Notes: a model not told the origin generated them from the sequence alone. 64,000 nt of DNA from Dicyema japonicum (GCA_011109175.1 RDEW01000013.1:227476-291475), one strand, 5' to 3'. Positions 26,977 through 40,021 are shown, counted from the stretch's first letter. A program made the numbers and translations.

Positions 26977-27928
26977 CTAGAGTTCTCCAAAATCCGAGGT
27001 ATCATCTTCAAATTTGGTTTCCTTCTTTTTTTTGAAAATATTACTTCTCGCATTCAGTTCGGAAATATCAATATGACTGTCCTTTAATCATTAAATTTAA
27101 AAACCTTGTTTGTGTCGATGGCTTTTAAAATTTGATAAGCCTGATCCTCAAAATTCTGTGAATTGGGATAATAATGCTCAATCAATTCATCCACATCAAC
27201 ATACTTGTCATTGTTTTTGTCAATAACATCATAAAACTCGTTTTCCAAATTTTTTAGATGACCTCTGTCTCCGCGAAAGTCTCCATATTGGCCTGATTTA
27301 AAGCAATATCTTAATTACCCATATGTTCTTTAAGTGATAGCTTTCCATCTCCGTCAGTGTCAAGTTCATCCAAAAAATAGCTCTGAAACTAAAAATCAGA
27401 ATTACCTGAATGTATAATTCCATGAGTTTTCCATTCTGCCTTGGGTTCGTTAGAACTCTGAATTCATCTTTACTGAGAAAACCATCAGAGTTTTGATCAA
27501 TCAATTCGAATGCCGCTGAAGAATTTATTTCTGTTTCTAAAATCGTTCCATGACCTATATTACGCTGGTAACGGCGAAAATTTTCAAAACTAATTCCTTC
27601 TTCAGTTGGATACATAATATTGTATTCTGTCTCCAATTCGACTTCAGTTTCGTTCTTTCTCAATTCTCTAAGCCATTCAGATATTTCTTGTTGATTAAGT
27701 TTATCATCCGAATTTGTGTCACCATGGTCCATTAAATATCTTAAATGTTAATAATATTAACTTTATTTTCATCAAAACTGAGTTTTCATCAGTTATGTTG
27801 AAATTTCCAATGAGTGATCTCATATTCTCAATCACATCAATTTCCTGGAAATTGTTAAATCATGAATTTACAGTTTCATCAGTATTAGATCTGATCACTG
27901 CGAAAAATACTAACAAATTTGAAATCAT
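26977..27928 (-). CDS. CREC-family multi-EF-hand protein, copy 2
   Basis: Direct paralog of copy 1 with the same intron positions (27-nt intron 27845-27871). The 5' exons splice in frame. Ends DFGEL*. Confidence 0.8.
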
Positions 27929-28081
27929 TTTTGATAATGAACACTAAAAAATTTATAATTAAAATTTTTTTATTTACATTTATGTTCGCCATTCTAAAAT
28001 GAAATTTAAATATTAATAATTATTATAATCAAACATATTGATTGATGTTTTGAACATTCACTATTACATCATGCATGTCCA

Positions 28082-28290
28082 CTATGAAACCCCAGAAGGA
28101 ACTGTGGACGTAAGCTTGGCGCTTGTCCCGTAGCCACTCTTAGGTGAACTAATAAATAGTTGTTTGGAAAGGGAGAGTTGGTGGGTCTGTCGGCAACAAT
28201 TGATAGCAGTTTTGTCCTCGAGGACCCAGATTATATCAAATCTGTTTCTCCTCCCCGGAATCAACCTCGGATCTCTGGGAACTTCCATCT
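28082..28290 (-). mobile_element. Possible RLE-type LINE 3' fragment
   Basis: EVPRDPRLIPGRRNRFDIIWV resembles the EP...RPD restriction-like endonuclease region. Weak. Confidence 0.35.
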
Positions 28291-28979
28291 ATGGTAGTTA
28301 AGTGCTTGCTAGCCGTCGGTTTTTTTATTAAAACGAGAGGGGTAATTGAATAATAAAATGAACTCCTATTTTATGTTCGGACATCACGATCCCCGACAAT
28401 TACGGGATGAAAATAACTCCACTCCAGCAATTTAAAAATATCGAGGCAGACCGAGTATGTCCCTTCTGACTGTCCTCATTGATGATTCATTAAGAATAAA
28501 AATGATATTATTAACCCCACAGATCTAGGAACTCCGTAAGAATGCGTACAACAGAGGAACGTGTTGAAGATAGAAGGACTAGCGACAGCAGGAATATTAT
28601 TGACTATTATTTATCGAACAGTGCTTTAATAGAAAAAAGTCAAGTTGTTAATTCGTCGGAATGCTAAGGTTGTGAACTTCCTTATCTCTTCGAATTTGAA
28701 ACGACTTATAATTTTCCTTATTCTAGCAAATGGAAGAAATGATGGCCTCGAGAGACATTGGATTTTCGAAATTTCTGAACACGATGCTGAAAAATCCGAG
28801 ACTCAAGAAACAGCAACGGTCGATTAGCACGTGCGTATCTAAAAATATACTGGCATTAAATAATTTAAAATAATTTTCCAATGTTGAATTTAATAATTTA
28901 ACTTAAATCCAAATTAATTTTAATTTATTTTTATTAACCACGGATACACTGAGAATAAAGTCAACAGAAATCGTCTTAC

Positions 28980-30180
28980 GCAAGTGGTCAAGATGTGATC
29001 TTCTATAGTACTTAAGAAGATAGTCCTTTACAACAGCTTGGCTTTGACCAGAATTTACATCCTCTCCATCAGTAGGACTCTATTCATACTCTATGGAAAT
29101 TATCCCATATTCGGCCTATCTTAAAACCTAAACGGCTGAAGCACTCACCATCTTCGTACAGAGCAATATCCTTCCTGTGTGCCACCTCCAAAGTCCTGGA
29201 AAAACTCATTCTCTATCAGATTAAACCTTACCTTCCAGAAGTATCATTCCAACATGGCTTTAAGAAGACTCGCTCTACAACTTCCCACCTTACTTGCTTG
29301 ACAAAATTTATAAATGCAAACTTCGGCATCAAAAGACAATTATGTGTTTCATTGACATACAGAAGGCCGAATGGGGTCTCTCAAGAATCCGCTCTCTCAT
29401 CCATTCTCTTCAACCTCTTTATGAGCGACATGCCTTTTCACAGAAGCGACGATACCCCGTTCCCTGCTTATGCTGACGACTTAATCTTGGGAACAAGAAA
29501 CCAGAGCATCCAAACAGCGGGTACCTGTTTACAAGAATTACTGGACAACCTGAACTGTTGGCTTACGAGTAACCAATTACCAAAAGTTCTAAAAAGTCGT
29601 GCTTCATGATCTTTACTTTCAATAGATGATTGACAAACTCGGCACCTTCATTGACCCTAAATGGGATAACAATCACCACAACAAATTCAACCAAAATATT
29701 GGGGGTCACATATGACCCACTAATGACCTTCAGTAAACATGTGAGCAACATAATTTCCTCTTCCCAGCGAAAACTAAACTTTATAAAAACGCTACTTAGA
29801 TACTACAGAAGATATTTCCATCCAACAGCAGATCATCTCTACTCCCAATATATACTACCATCAATCGGCTACTGCTGCGCGGCATGAGGTACTAACCTAT
29901 TCCATACCAACCTAAAGAAATTAAACTCCTTACAAGAGACAGTAACGAAGATTCTAAAAAATCCCTCTCATTGACATAAAACCAACCCCGTTCGAGGAAC
30001 TCATGAGGAGAACGGAAGCTTAGCCAAAACCTCTAAACTTCCGAAAAGTGATTCGTCATACAGGAAGTGTCGGGAGGAACACCGAGAAAAAATGAGGCGG
30101 CTGCTTAAGGAGGCCGGGAGTACCTGGCGGCCCCCATTCTCTTTTGTTTTGTCGGTGATTCTTGGTTTTAAATAAATAAA
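28980..30180 (+). mobile_element. 5'-truncated Ingi/Vingi-like LINE
   Basis: LSSILFNLFMSDMP, AYADD, KILGVTYDP. C-terminus similar to ORF 15611-16006. Confidence 0.8.
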
Positions 30181-30819
30181 GTCAACAGTCAATTAGAGCA
30201 TCCAATGCGGATAGACATGGCCATTCATAAGTTGAGAAAACGTCTAGTTCTTGCAGTTGTGGGATCCCTCTGAAGTTATAAATTTAACTATTAGATGTGA
30301 TTAAAAATATTAAATTGATAACAACATGTTTACCACAATAATAGTCATTGTGGTTTCACGTATAAACTTGTATGGTTTACATGTACTTAAGTTGTGTGAG
30401 CTAAACATGTCAAAACTGATATTCACTTAATAGTTACTGGTTGACTCACCCGTGTTTTTGCAGTCGCCTGATTGTTTAGACAAACTTCACTGATAGCCAT
30501 TCCAGAAGTCTCTATAGAAATCGGTAGAAAAAATCTGTCCACATCCCTGGTATTTCCATCTTAATATCTCGATTCCAAAATTATACTCCCCGCACAGCAT
30601 GAATTTCCAAATTTTACTGAAAATTAATTGTTAATAATTTTTAGTGAAATCAAATCGGTTAATATAATTCTTACAATTGATCCCGCGAAATAACCATGTA
30701 GAGTTATCTCTCACGATTGCGACGGAGATCTGGGGACTTATCGGATTACTGACTTTATAGCCAGATTAATTAACTATAAACATGTTGGCATTTTTAATGA
30801 TAATATTAAGAGAATTAGA

Positions 30820-31130
30820 TCATGGGGAAACAGTTAGCTTGGGATGCAACATGTCTCGATTCTCACCGAGAGCACAGTAAATGTACTTTCCGCCAAAGTG
30901 AAAGCAGAAAAAGCTAAAGAAACGAAGTGTAGAAAACTCCTCAGCCGATATACTTTCCACACGGTTGCTGTCGAGACAACAGGAGCGATAAACTGTAAAA
31001 AACTCGGACGTATTGCCTCGTTTGAAGCCATGATGACCGCAAAAGGCAATGGTTTATTCAGTTGGTCTTCATAGCGGTCGAGGGGGAAAACGCCGCATCA
31101 ATAAAGACGGACTTTAATTACTTTCTATTT
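30820..31130 (+). mobile_element. CRE-like (RLE) non-LTR element 3' fragment
   Basis: LAWDATCLD...AEKAKETK...FHTVAVETTGA, the C-terminal RLE signature of CRE-type elements. Confidence 0.65.
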
Positions 31131-31505
31131 ACTCATTAATAAATTTATTTTCAAAAACAACAAAAATCAAAAATGGTCCCCGCCAACATAATCGACGTTG
31201 AATTGCCTCTCGCGATCGCAACAGAAATCAACTAGAGAGGCCACCGAGTCTCACGCGTGTCGGGCTTTTTAGTGTAGCTAGGCGTCCAGGCTTCTTTAGG
31301 AAACGAATCGATTTCCCGCTTATTCCTTTTCAATTTATTTAAATTGGTAAGTAAAATGATAAAAAATTTGAGCATCTCCATTTATACTTTAAAACAATCC
31401 GATCAAATTATCAAAGAGAAATCTCCAATGAGTCTTTAAAACTGCCTATATTTTTATGATCAATTCAAAGATAAGAAAACTTGAACAATTTAAACTATAA
31501 TTAGA

Positions 31506-31711
31506 TTATGCATTATCTAAATTTCTCTCATATTGAATTGAGAGATTTGCAAGAAATTGCGTATCAATGCCATCAAGGAGGTTAGCGACTCCCATTCTTC
31601 GTCTTCGTGGTTGAAACGACTCCAACTTAATGCAGTCTTGACCTAAATCAAGAGAATCCATCTTTTCATTAATATCAGTAATTGACTAAGGAATCACAAA
31701 CGCATTACCAT
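31506..31711 (-). CDS. Predicted 60-aa micro-protein (ATG exon + 23-nt intron)
   Basis: ATG at 31711-31709 is followed directly by GT...AG (31708-31686), then 59 open codons: MSITDINEKMDSLDLGQDCIKLESFQPRRRRMGVANLLDGIDTQFLANLSIQYERNLDNA*. Confidence 0.5.
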
Positions 31712-31789
31712 CACCACGAAAATTCAAAAACAAAAAAATTAAAGTTTATTTAATAATAAAGAAAACTTATAGAAAAATAAAAAAAATTA

Positions 31790-34700
31790 TTAAATCAATC
31801 CAAATCCACTGGTGTGTTCAATGGCTAGCAATATCTTTTCACGCATAATTTCAATCGAAGAGTATAGTGGAAGGTCAAGAATATTGAAACACGTGTGAAC
31901 CACCGGCAAGTGGTCATCACTGACGTGGAAAGGCTGAATCCGGATCTAAAGTCCTAGCCACAGTCATACCGGAACAGATTTAAGTCCTCTAAAGGGGATT
32001 CTGTCACTCCCGGTCAAATAAACTAAAAATAAAAAAAATTGATAACGCAAAAACTGTCTCTTCTGTTTGGTGGTGAGTCCATAAAACACCTCCCAAAACA
32101 TCTTTATAATGGGATGATGGGCATGATACTCTCCGTCATAAAAAGCATACTAAACTAACAACAATACAAACATTCTCCCATTCATCAAAGTCATACTTTT
32201 GCTTCCCCACGATAAGAGATTCCAACTCGAGTGGTTCAAAGTATTTCTCAAGTCAAAACAGGACCAACCAAAATGTTGAATTCCATCACTTTACGGAAGC
32301 CCATCTCAAAGTTCTTGAACTGGTTCTCCACCGATTTGTTCAAAACATGGTCCACATACATGTCCACATAATTTTTCCTACAGTAATAGGAAACACGACT
32401 TGTTCATGTTCGTAACGGGTATTGACTCTCCATTGGTCACCAAATCTACAAGCTTTGATGTCCGTCCACAATCAAAGTTGATTTGGAAGGTCAGCATGAA
32501 GACATCCTCAAAATCCGACCCATCATAATCTAGTAGAGACCTCAATCCCCTAAAAATATTCAAACTGTAAGGACCATCCCAATGAGGGATTGAGAGCACA
32601 GAGGTCAGTCAAAAATACAGATCTTCCCAGCATTTTCTTATACAAAACAGGGGGAAAGGCAGATTGACAATAATATTGTTATAAATACACAACCCACAGA
32701 GAATCCCCACCATACAGAACATAAAGTCTTCCGCTCGTGTCTTTAATCACAAACAAGCAAACATCCTGGCAGAACCAAATAAGGTTGGACTCTGAATACT
32801 CAGTGAACAGTTCGTATTTGATGTCCAGTAGTTCGTAAAATAAAATCATAAAAAACTCCTGTCTTTAACATAAAATTCTACTTTTCGGACACCCCATAAT
32901 CCATAGCATCCTCCCCTTCGAAGACGACCTAAAATATAAAGTTAATCTCACGTAAAGCGGTCTCCTCATCACTTCCGTAGCAGACTTCATCAAAGCCAGC
33001 TTTGTGTCCTCAACAATTCGTTCCCTAGACACATGTATACTGAACAAGAGAGGTTCGGGATTCTCAAAATTCAGAACCTGTCCAAGTGAATAATTTCGCA
33101 TCACATGCTCTTGCATAGCAAGCTAGTATTCATCATCACAAAAACCTCCTTTAAAATGTCGTCATTAAAGTTTAAAATATGCACTTTGGCATCCATGTTG
33201 TAAATAAAAGGAAATTGGAAGATGTGGAAGCTTCGTTTGACCTAAAATTAATACTTTGGGAGTAACCTTAAAGTAAAGAGTAAAGTAATCCTCTCTAATA
33301 TTAACCAGGTCACGGAGTTGATCAATGTAAAACTCTGTGGGATCAATGTAGTCTACTTCATTGTGGTTAAAGGAATTTGCCTGTACTTAGTTGAATAACC
33401 ACCTGGTAGAGATTTTCCATAAAGTTAAGAATCAAATAAGTATTCCATGACCGTCCCCCATCTATTTTGAGCTGCTCAATCAAATAAATCTTAATGATCT
33501 TGACATTACATGAAAGCTTACTCTGAGAGGTTCCAAAATCCACCGTGACCCCAACCTGCTAAACCAAACACCTATAGTAAATACATTTGCAACGAAATAT
33601 CGGAAGTGGATACGACGATAACACGTGAAACCACGACATCAAATTTACTAATAGCTTGAGGTTATTTTCAGACGAATATGACTTGAAGCACGGAGGAAAA
33701 TGAAGAATCATGAAGAATCGCATGACTTCAAAGCAAGGTTCAGAAAAAATGTTTATGACAAGAACTAGTCAACCACATTGATAGTGTGGAATATATCAGA
33801 ATATAACAGAATCATTACCATATCCTGGAAAGACTGACTTGTTAGGGAAAAGTACTTCATAAATTCAAGGACAGCATTCATATCTATATTGGGTCCTCTA
33901 CTACGATGTCCCCAGATTATGTCAAAACTGAAAATAATTATCACAAAACTTTAGAAAAGACGCATTGAGTACTGAATTGGACGAGAATGCTAATTCCAAA
34001 GTGATTGAGTGATTGTAGAACTCGGAAGAATCCTCTTCTAGCTGTGACGTAAGAGCCATGAGTTCAACAGACAAGGTAATGAAATCGAATCGATTGGAGA
34101 TCGTCCTGTAGTCGTTAACAGCAAGTTTGTCATCCTTGGGAATATAAAGCACAAGTACAGAGATTGAGAAAGCGACAAAAGTGTGATCAAAGCGAGAATA
34201 CATTCCAAGTCTGAGAACATTCTCCTCAGTAATATAATTCGATATGCGAGAGACTTGTGGTAGTGCCTGATTATTGTAGTTATCAACACCAAGTTGTCCA
34301 CTGCCGTTTAATCCCCACGAATAAATCAATCCCTGTTTAGGAACGAAAGCGAATGTGTTATAACAGCAATGAAAACACAAAATACCTCCCACAAACAATT
34401 TGAGTCACTTCAAGGCCCATTAGAGAGTTCACCTTCATGGGTACCATCTGGTTTGACGTCCTTCCGTGACCACAACATCCGTATTTGCCAATCCCGAAAA
34501 CAAAAACTCCACCGCTTTGAGTGAGTAAAACAGTGTGTTCGGACCCACAACAAACATAAACCACGTAGTCATTGTATAGAATATTTAACATAATAGGTTT
34601 AGGCTGACCTAAGGTTACCGAATCACAAACTTGTGGAAGAATTTGATAGACCCAATTGACCATTTTTGTTGCTTCCCCAAGCAAAGACGGTACCATTCAC

Positions 34701-35401
34701 TGAGAGGGCGAACGAATGGGACCCTCCACAGGAAACAAAGCTAACGGGGACCATATCAAGCTCGACAATGAGTTCAGGTTCTACTATGAACTTATCACTG
34801 GAATTTGAAAGTTGACCGAAGTTATTTGAACCCCAGGAATAGACTTTTCGACCTCAAACCTAATTTCATGTAAATATACTGTTTGTGAGAGCCAGTGTGT
34901 GACTGTTGCCGGCCGCAATCTGAACCACAGTAGTGAAAGCCAAACTTTTAACCAGTCTTGAATAATTAGCAAAGGGAACTTGGGATTTTGATCAAATGAA
35001 GCGATTGTCAGTCTCCCCAGTTGACCCTCCTCATTCAAACCCCAACTGAAGACTTGGCCTGTGTCTGTAAGTACTATACTGTGGTGCTTTCCACAAACAA
35101 CTGACATAATTATTCGTGGAGAAAGTGAATGCACGACTTCTAAATATTATAATTTGAGACAAACGTGGATTGAACTCCGAACCAGATCTTCCAAGTTGAC
35201 CGAATTCGTTGCTTCCACACGAACAGAGTCTACCGTCTTTCAATAGAAAAAGAGAGTGCTCTGATCCGCATGCAATATCTACCACTGGGGATGTGTTGGT
35301 GAATGTTTTTATGTATTCTGGTTCATTAGAGAAGTCAAAGTATCCGGGTTTTATGTCAAGTTCTCCGAAACCGTTCATCCCCATCCATAAAGGTGCGACA
35401 T
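31790..35401 (-). CDS. HERC4: Small HERC E3 ubiquitin ligase (RCC1 repeats + HECT), HERC3/4-like
   Basis: RCC1 repeats ([32 protein letters not shown]). HECT features ([51 protein letters not shown]). Tiny introns. -1 frameshift in a G4 run at 35379-35382. Confidence 0.9.
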
Positions 35402-35510
35402 CACAACAAAATTTACAAAATTCTATTATATTATTTTTTAAATTACAAAAATAGACATTTATTAATTAAACTCAATTTGAAAGGATCTTAATGGGATTAG
35501 AAGATATCTT

Positions 35511-35884
35511 AAGGTTTGACGAGTGACGCCGTCATCAGTGAATACTCACTGCGGAACTGGATTGTCTAGAAAGGACACTCACACAAGAAAAGAAAAAAAA
35601 ACAAGTGAAGATCATTCCTTGGTTCTACGATTAGTTAAAATTAACTGTTCTTTACTAAAATAAAGTGTGTGTCCTGCCTATGCGGAGCTAATACCACGGC
35701 TCCGTGAAAAAGGCTGTAAGAAATCTTAAATCTGCAGAAGACCTAGAAGATCTAAGGACAGATGCGCAAAGTAGAGGGCGATGGAGACGCCTAGTGAAGC
35801 AGATTGTGAAACGTGTGTCACAAACGGGACCTTAGTTAATATAACGTTCTTTGGTTCTGTGAAAGTGCTTTTTAATAATAATAA
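35511..35884 (+). mobile_element. 5'-truncated SINE fused to an RTE 3' end
   Basis: 35511-35715 is near-identical to the SINE body at about 50773-50969. 35716-35884 encodes RTE C-terminal VRNLKSAEDLEDLR..GRWRRL and ends GTGAAAGTGCT(TT)(TAA)n. Confidence 0.8.
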
Positions 35885-36099
35885 ATGAAAGTCCACACAA
35901 AGGATATAAAGTCGACGACATTAATGCGGACCTGAGTCATTAAAATGAGACTGCCAGAGAAAAGAAGTGGATTTCTGTTAATGGAGTCAAATTGACAGGC
36001 ATCGGTTATGAGCGTTCAGCGTGGTCAAAAGGCATTCATACTATAATAATAATAATATTAAAGATCAAGACATATAGTTATGGAGAATTACATTATTAA

Positions 36100-36750
36100 T
36101 AATCTTGAGTCCTGGATTCTTTCGCAGTTTTACCTACCTCTATCTTCACAGTATCTTCTGAATGAACGTGTCATACACTTTGGTCCTCAGGGGAAAACCC
36201 TCGATCCGTTCCACTTTCACTCTCCTTACTGATTTGATCAGAATATCCTCCTCTTCTAGTGCTTCTTCACGTCGAAGGGCCAGCTTGATTGCCATTCTCC
36301 TTGTTTTGTCCAAATGGTGCGAAAAATACAACTTTCAGATCCGTATATGAGAGAGGGCAGATTAATTCTTTCAGAAATAAAAATAAACGTATCTTTCTTC
36401 AAATTGACACAAAAGTGCTTGGTAAGCCTTTTTCCTCATTTTTGCACCTTCAACATAATCTCCTCTACATCCGAAAGAGACCCAAATAACGCAAATGATC
36501 AACATTGCCGATACCTTATTGAAAAAACATTCTATATTGTGAAATTCTCATGGCTTTTGATTTTACCATTGAGAGATTTAAGCCACGGGATTTACACCAC
36601 CAGAGAATTTCTTCCAAAACTCCACGTAATCTTCCCTCCGAAACCACCGGACTTTTCGAGATGTCTGATATCAGTACGTCGTTTGCGTAAAAAATCACAG
36701 TAGTACTAGGATTCCTGGGAATCGGAAAATCTCTCATAAATATATTAAGG
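36100..36750 (-). mobile_element. 3' part of gag-type APE LINE
   Basis: FYANDVLISD and SRGLNLSMVKS parallel ORF 25828-26073. Confidence 0.7.
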
Positions 36751-36769
36751 TAAACATAATGAGTAAAGC

Positions 36770-36960
36770 GATTTTTGTCAATAAAGTCAAAAATTGATAT
36801 GTTTTTGATAATTGTTTAAAACTTATAAAAATGTAGTTTTTAATCCAAAATATTCTATTAATCAAAAGTTATAAAGTCAAAAAAAGTCAAAATTTTGGGT
36901 AATGTCGAAAAAGGTCAAAATTTAATTTTTTAAGGTCAATAAAGTCAAAATCTTTATTGA
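36770..36960 (+). repeat. Dispersed AA(A/G)GTCAA motif array
   Basis: About six copies within about 190 bp of AT-rich DNA next to the hAT remnant. Confidence 0.6.
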
Positions 36961-37129
36961 TTTTTATTTTTTATTGTTTAATTTTTAGAGTTTTCAAATA
37001 AAATACTAGCGTGGGATCAATTATCATCATTCACTGTGTTGCCGCGTTAAATCAAGAATGACATTGAAAAGATTAAGTCTGTTGTTAAACAATATCCTGA
37101 TGGAAAATTTTTTTTGAATTTATGTGGGA

Positions 37130-37975
37130 CATTTGTAACTTGGGTTTTCTCAGAATGGATCTTATTTACCGCATACGGCAGAATGTGTAATATGCCATCA
37201 TATAATGCCTAACACATCTCTTGCTCCTGCCGAACTATCAAGACATTCATTGGCAAATCATCCTCATTTAAAGGATAAAGATATTTTCTTTTTTCTAAAC
37301 AAATTAAATGCATCTACAAGGTTGGAAATGTCCTATTTTGCAAAAGACGACAACTTAAAAGTGGTTACAGAGACTTGCATATTTGGTTTCAATTTATGAA
37401 AAACTTAATAAATTTACATTATCACTACAAGGAAAATATCAAACAGTTTTTATTTTGAATGATAAAGTAATGGCCTTAAAACGGAAAATTGAATTTTGGC
37501 GATCATCCGTAGATAAAAATAATATTGCATGCTTTGACGTTTTGCAAGAGTATCTCGATGAATCAAACTCAGCATTGGACGATACAATTCTTCAGGACAT
37601 CCAAGATCATTTGGTGATTTTGGACGATAACATTGGGAAATATTTTCCATGTAAGTTTGATGACGATTGGGTTCAAAATCCATTCAAAGTAAAAATAATA
37701 CCAGCAATTCTAACATTAATTGAATTATTGATTTGACATCAGAATCAACGTCAAATCAGATAAAATTAATCCCTTTTTAATATTTGAATAGCATACATTT
37801 CAAATATCCAGATATCTCAGAAAAGGCTATACGTAAACTATTACCTTTTCCAACGACTTACTTATGTAAGTCCGGGTTTTCAATATATTCATCTACCAAA
37901 ACAAAATATAGAAATAAACTTAATGCTTCCGCTGATATGAAGGGTTCAGCGAGCACCTTAAGGTTGGAACCACTG
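37130..37975 (+). mobile_element. Internally deleted hAT (Buster/Charlie, ZBED8/SCAND3-like) transposon
   Basis: BED finger CVICHHIMPNTSLAPAELSRH...HP. Then NLSLQG-like FTLSLQGK...KRKIEFW and dimerisation motif LLPFPTTYLCKSGFS...KTKYRNKL. Right TIR AAGGTTGGAACCACTG at 37960-37975, followed by ATATAGAT (nnnTAnnn). Confidence 0.85.
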
Positions 37976-38029
37976 ATATAGATTTTCTAAGAAGGTTTAT
38001 TATTTAAATTACTATTTTAAAGGTGTCAA

Positions 38030-39480
38030 TATTATAAAACACATTGATTTTCTCGTCCCATCTGCCGACAATGTGTTGATAAAGTCACTAAGGCGTTGTC
38101 GAATCCGATATTCCCTTGCATAAGTTAACAGTAAAAGCTTACGAGACTTGTTTGAGAGTATTGGACATAATCTTCCTTTTCTTTACGCTTGCCGAAAAAA
38201 TTTAGAAAATTTATGTCAGAAGCAGCTTGACATAATTGAGCTATTTTTTAGGTTTTATTTTCATTCATTATAGATCTGAAAAGTTTTGTTTTGATTTACG
38301 AAACTGATATTCGGAAACAGAAATATGCCAATTCTATTGGAAGAATTTCTGATCTCAAGGAAATATTTCTAATATCTTGTCGTCATTGTCTTCTGCGGCT
38401 AACTCTTTGGTTATCGTTCAGATAATTTTGCGATAGATCGTGAAGACGCTGTTGAACACACTCAGAAATTGCATTTCGGGGACGATTTATGTGGAGATGA
38501 CCTCAAAAAGACAATCCGGACCCTTCTTGAATAGCTTTAACCGTATCCAATCTATTCCAAGAGCTTTATCTGGCAGTCCATAATGGTTTGTTTTACCTCT
38601 TCTTTAGTAATAATATTCATGCGCCATATCCCAACATGCTCGTCCAGAATTTTCATACTCTAAAGAGATTCCTTAACCACCAGATCCTTTGGATCAACCC
38701 TTGAATACTATCGAACAGCTACCGAAAGGCATTAGGAAAATTCGCTTCGATGATAAGACTACCATCGGATCTCTCAAATTAATAACATCTGATTTAGATC
38801 ATGAGCTACAAGCCTCCAATAAGACTTCTAGAATGTTGGGTTCTTGGCGTCTAACCTTCCTATTTCACTCCTCCATGTGCAATAAGAGGTCATGACACAA
38901 GAATAACATCAAGTTTATCACCACTCGTGTATGAATAATGATTTGGTTCCTTGGATGTCAAAACCTCGAAGCCAAGAGAGTCGGATAAATATCTCAATCT
39001 TCGTTTATCCTAATTGGTCGTACTACGCTTAAAAGCAACATGTTAAGATCTCCAACCAAAATAGATTTAAAAAAAACTGGCTGATGCTATCCATACAATT
39101 AATAAGTGTATTGGAATACATTCTCTAATGGTAGTCCACACACCGTCAGAGCAAATGTCAACAGAGGTAAATTCACAATCAGTATTCCGTATGACTTGGG
39201 GTCTTCGAGTGTATAGATTTCGACGATAAAAAAAGAGACGTTCCCGTACAGGCAGCAGCTTTTTTATTTCATCTTACATCAACAGACGAAAAAACCTTTA
39301 GGATGAAATCTCTGATTTTAGTCTCGTTAATGACCATAATATGAGCCTTCTCGACTTTCACTAGTAATGGCAGTACATCATGCCTTTTCCGAATGGATCT
39401 GGCATTCACCAGCATTATTTTTACATTTCTTACTTTCAAAAAACTTTATTCGCTAAAACTTAACGCTCGCCTTTATATAC
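38030..39480 (-). mobile_element. APE/linker part of gag-type LINE, degraded
   Basis: Minus strand VKIMLVNARSIRKRH...MVINETK, homologous to ORF 24646-25101. Confidence 0.7.
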
Positions 39481-40021
39481 GAACGTTCTTAGGACAACGA
39501 TATTGTCGTACAGGTTCATTTTCCTAACTGAAAGGAACTCCAAACTGATTATGTGCTTACATTTGCTAAATATGAGAGTCATATTGAGGTATTGTCAAAT
39601 TAGTTACAGGAAATATTTAGTGATTTTCTCATTTTTTGAATCCCGATTTGCATTATTCTCGGCACTTTTCACTTCTGATGTTGTCAAAGCAAACTTGAAG
39701 ATGGAGTATTGAAATGCAGTCTGATTCTACACTCAGAGCAAAATAGTTAGAAGTGGGGATACCTGGCTTCTGTTCATACTTTCCTGAATAGTTTACAAAC
39801 AATGTTTTCAGTGATGATAATAGGAATGATTAGTTCGTATGTAACAGTTGTTTTTATTCATGAAATCAACAAAATCTTCTCACCAAAGTATTACACTTTA
39901 ATAATATTAGGTATTTTTAGATTTGTCAGTGTGACCCGCTTGTATACTCGAATTATCTGATGCGTCCCTGGAACTTTTTAAGTTTGCCATGCCTGTCCTA
40001 GAACATTTGATGTGTCAGATT

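Noticed and set aside
31170-31270. U4 or U11 snRNA (CCCCGCCA...CGAC.TTGAA; AAAAAG start)
   Set aside because: The U4 5' stem region and the U11 splice-site recognition sequence are absent.
4753-35382. Programmed frameshifting or pseudogenisation of SRD5A, HERC and EF copy 1
   Set aside because: Every break is a 1-nt loss in a homopolymer with no other decay, so sequencing error is the simpler explanation.
36770-36960. CRISPR-like array or nuclear-receptor response elements
   Set aside because: The repeats are 8 nt long with irregular spacing in a eukaryotic TE context, with no cas genes or nearby promoter.
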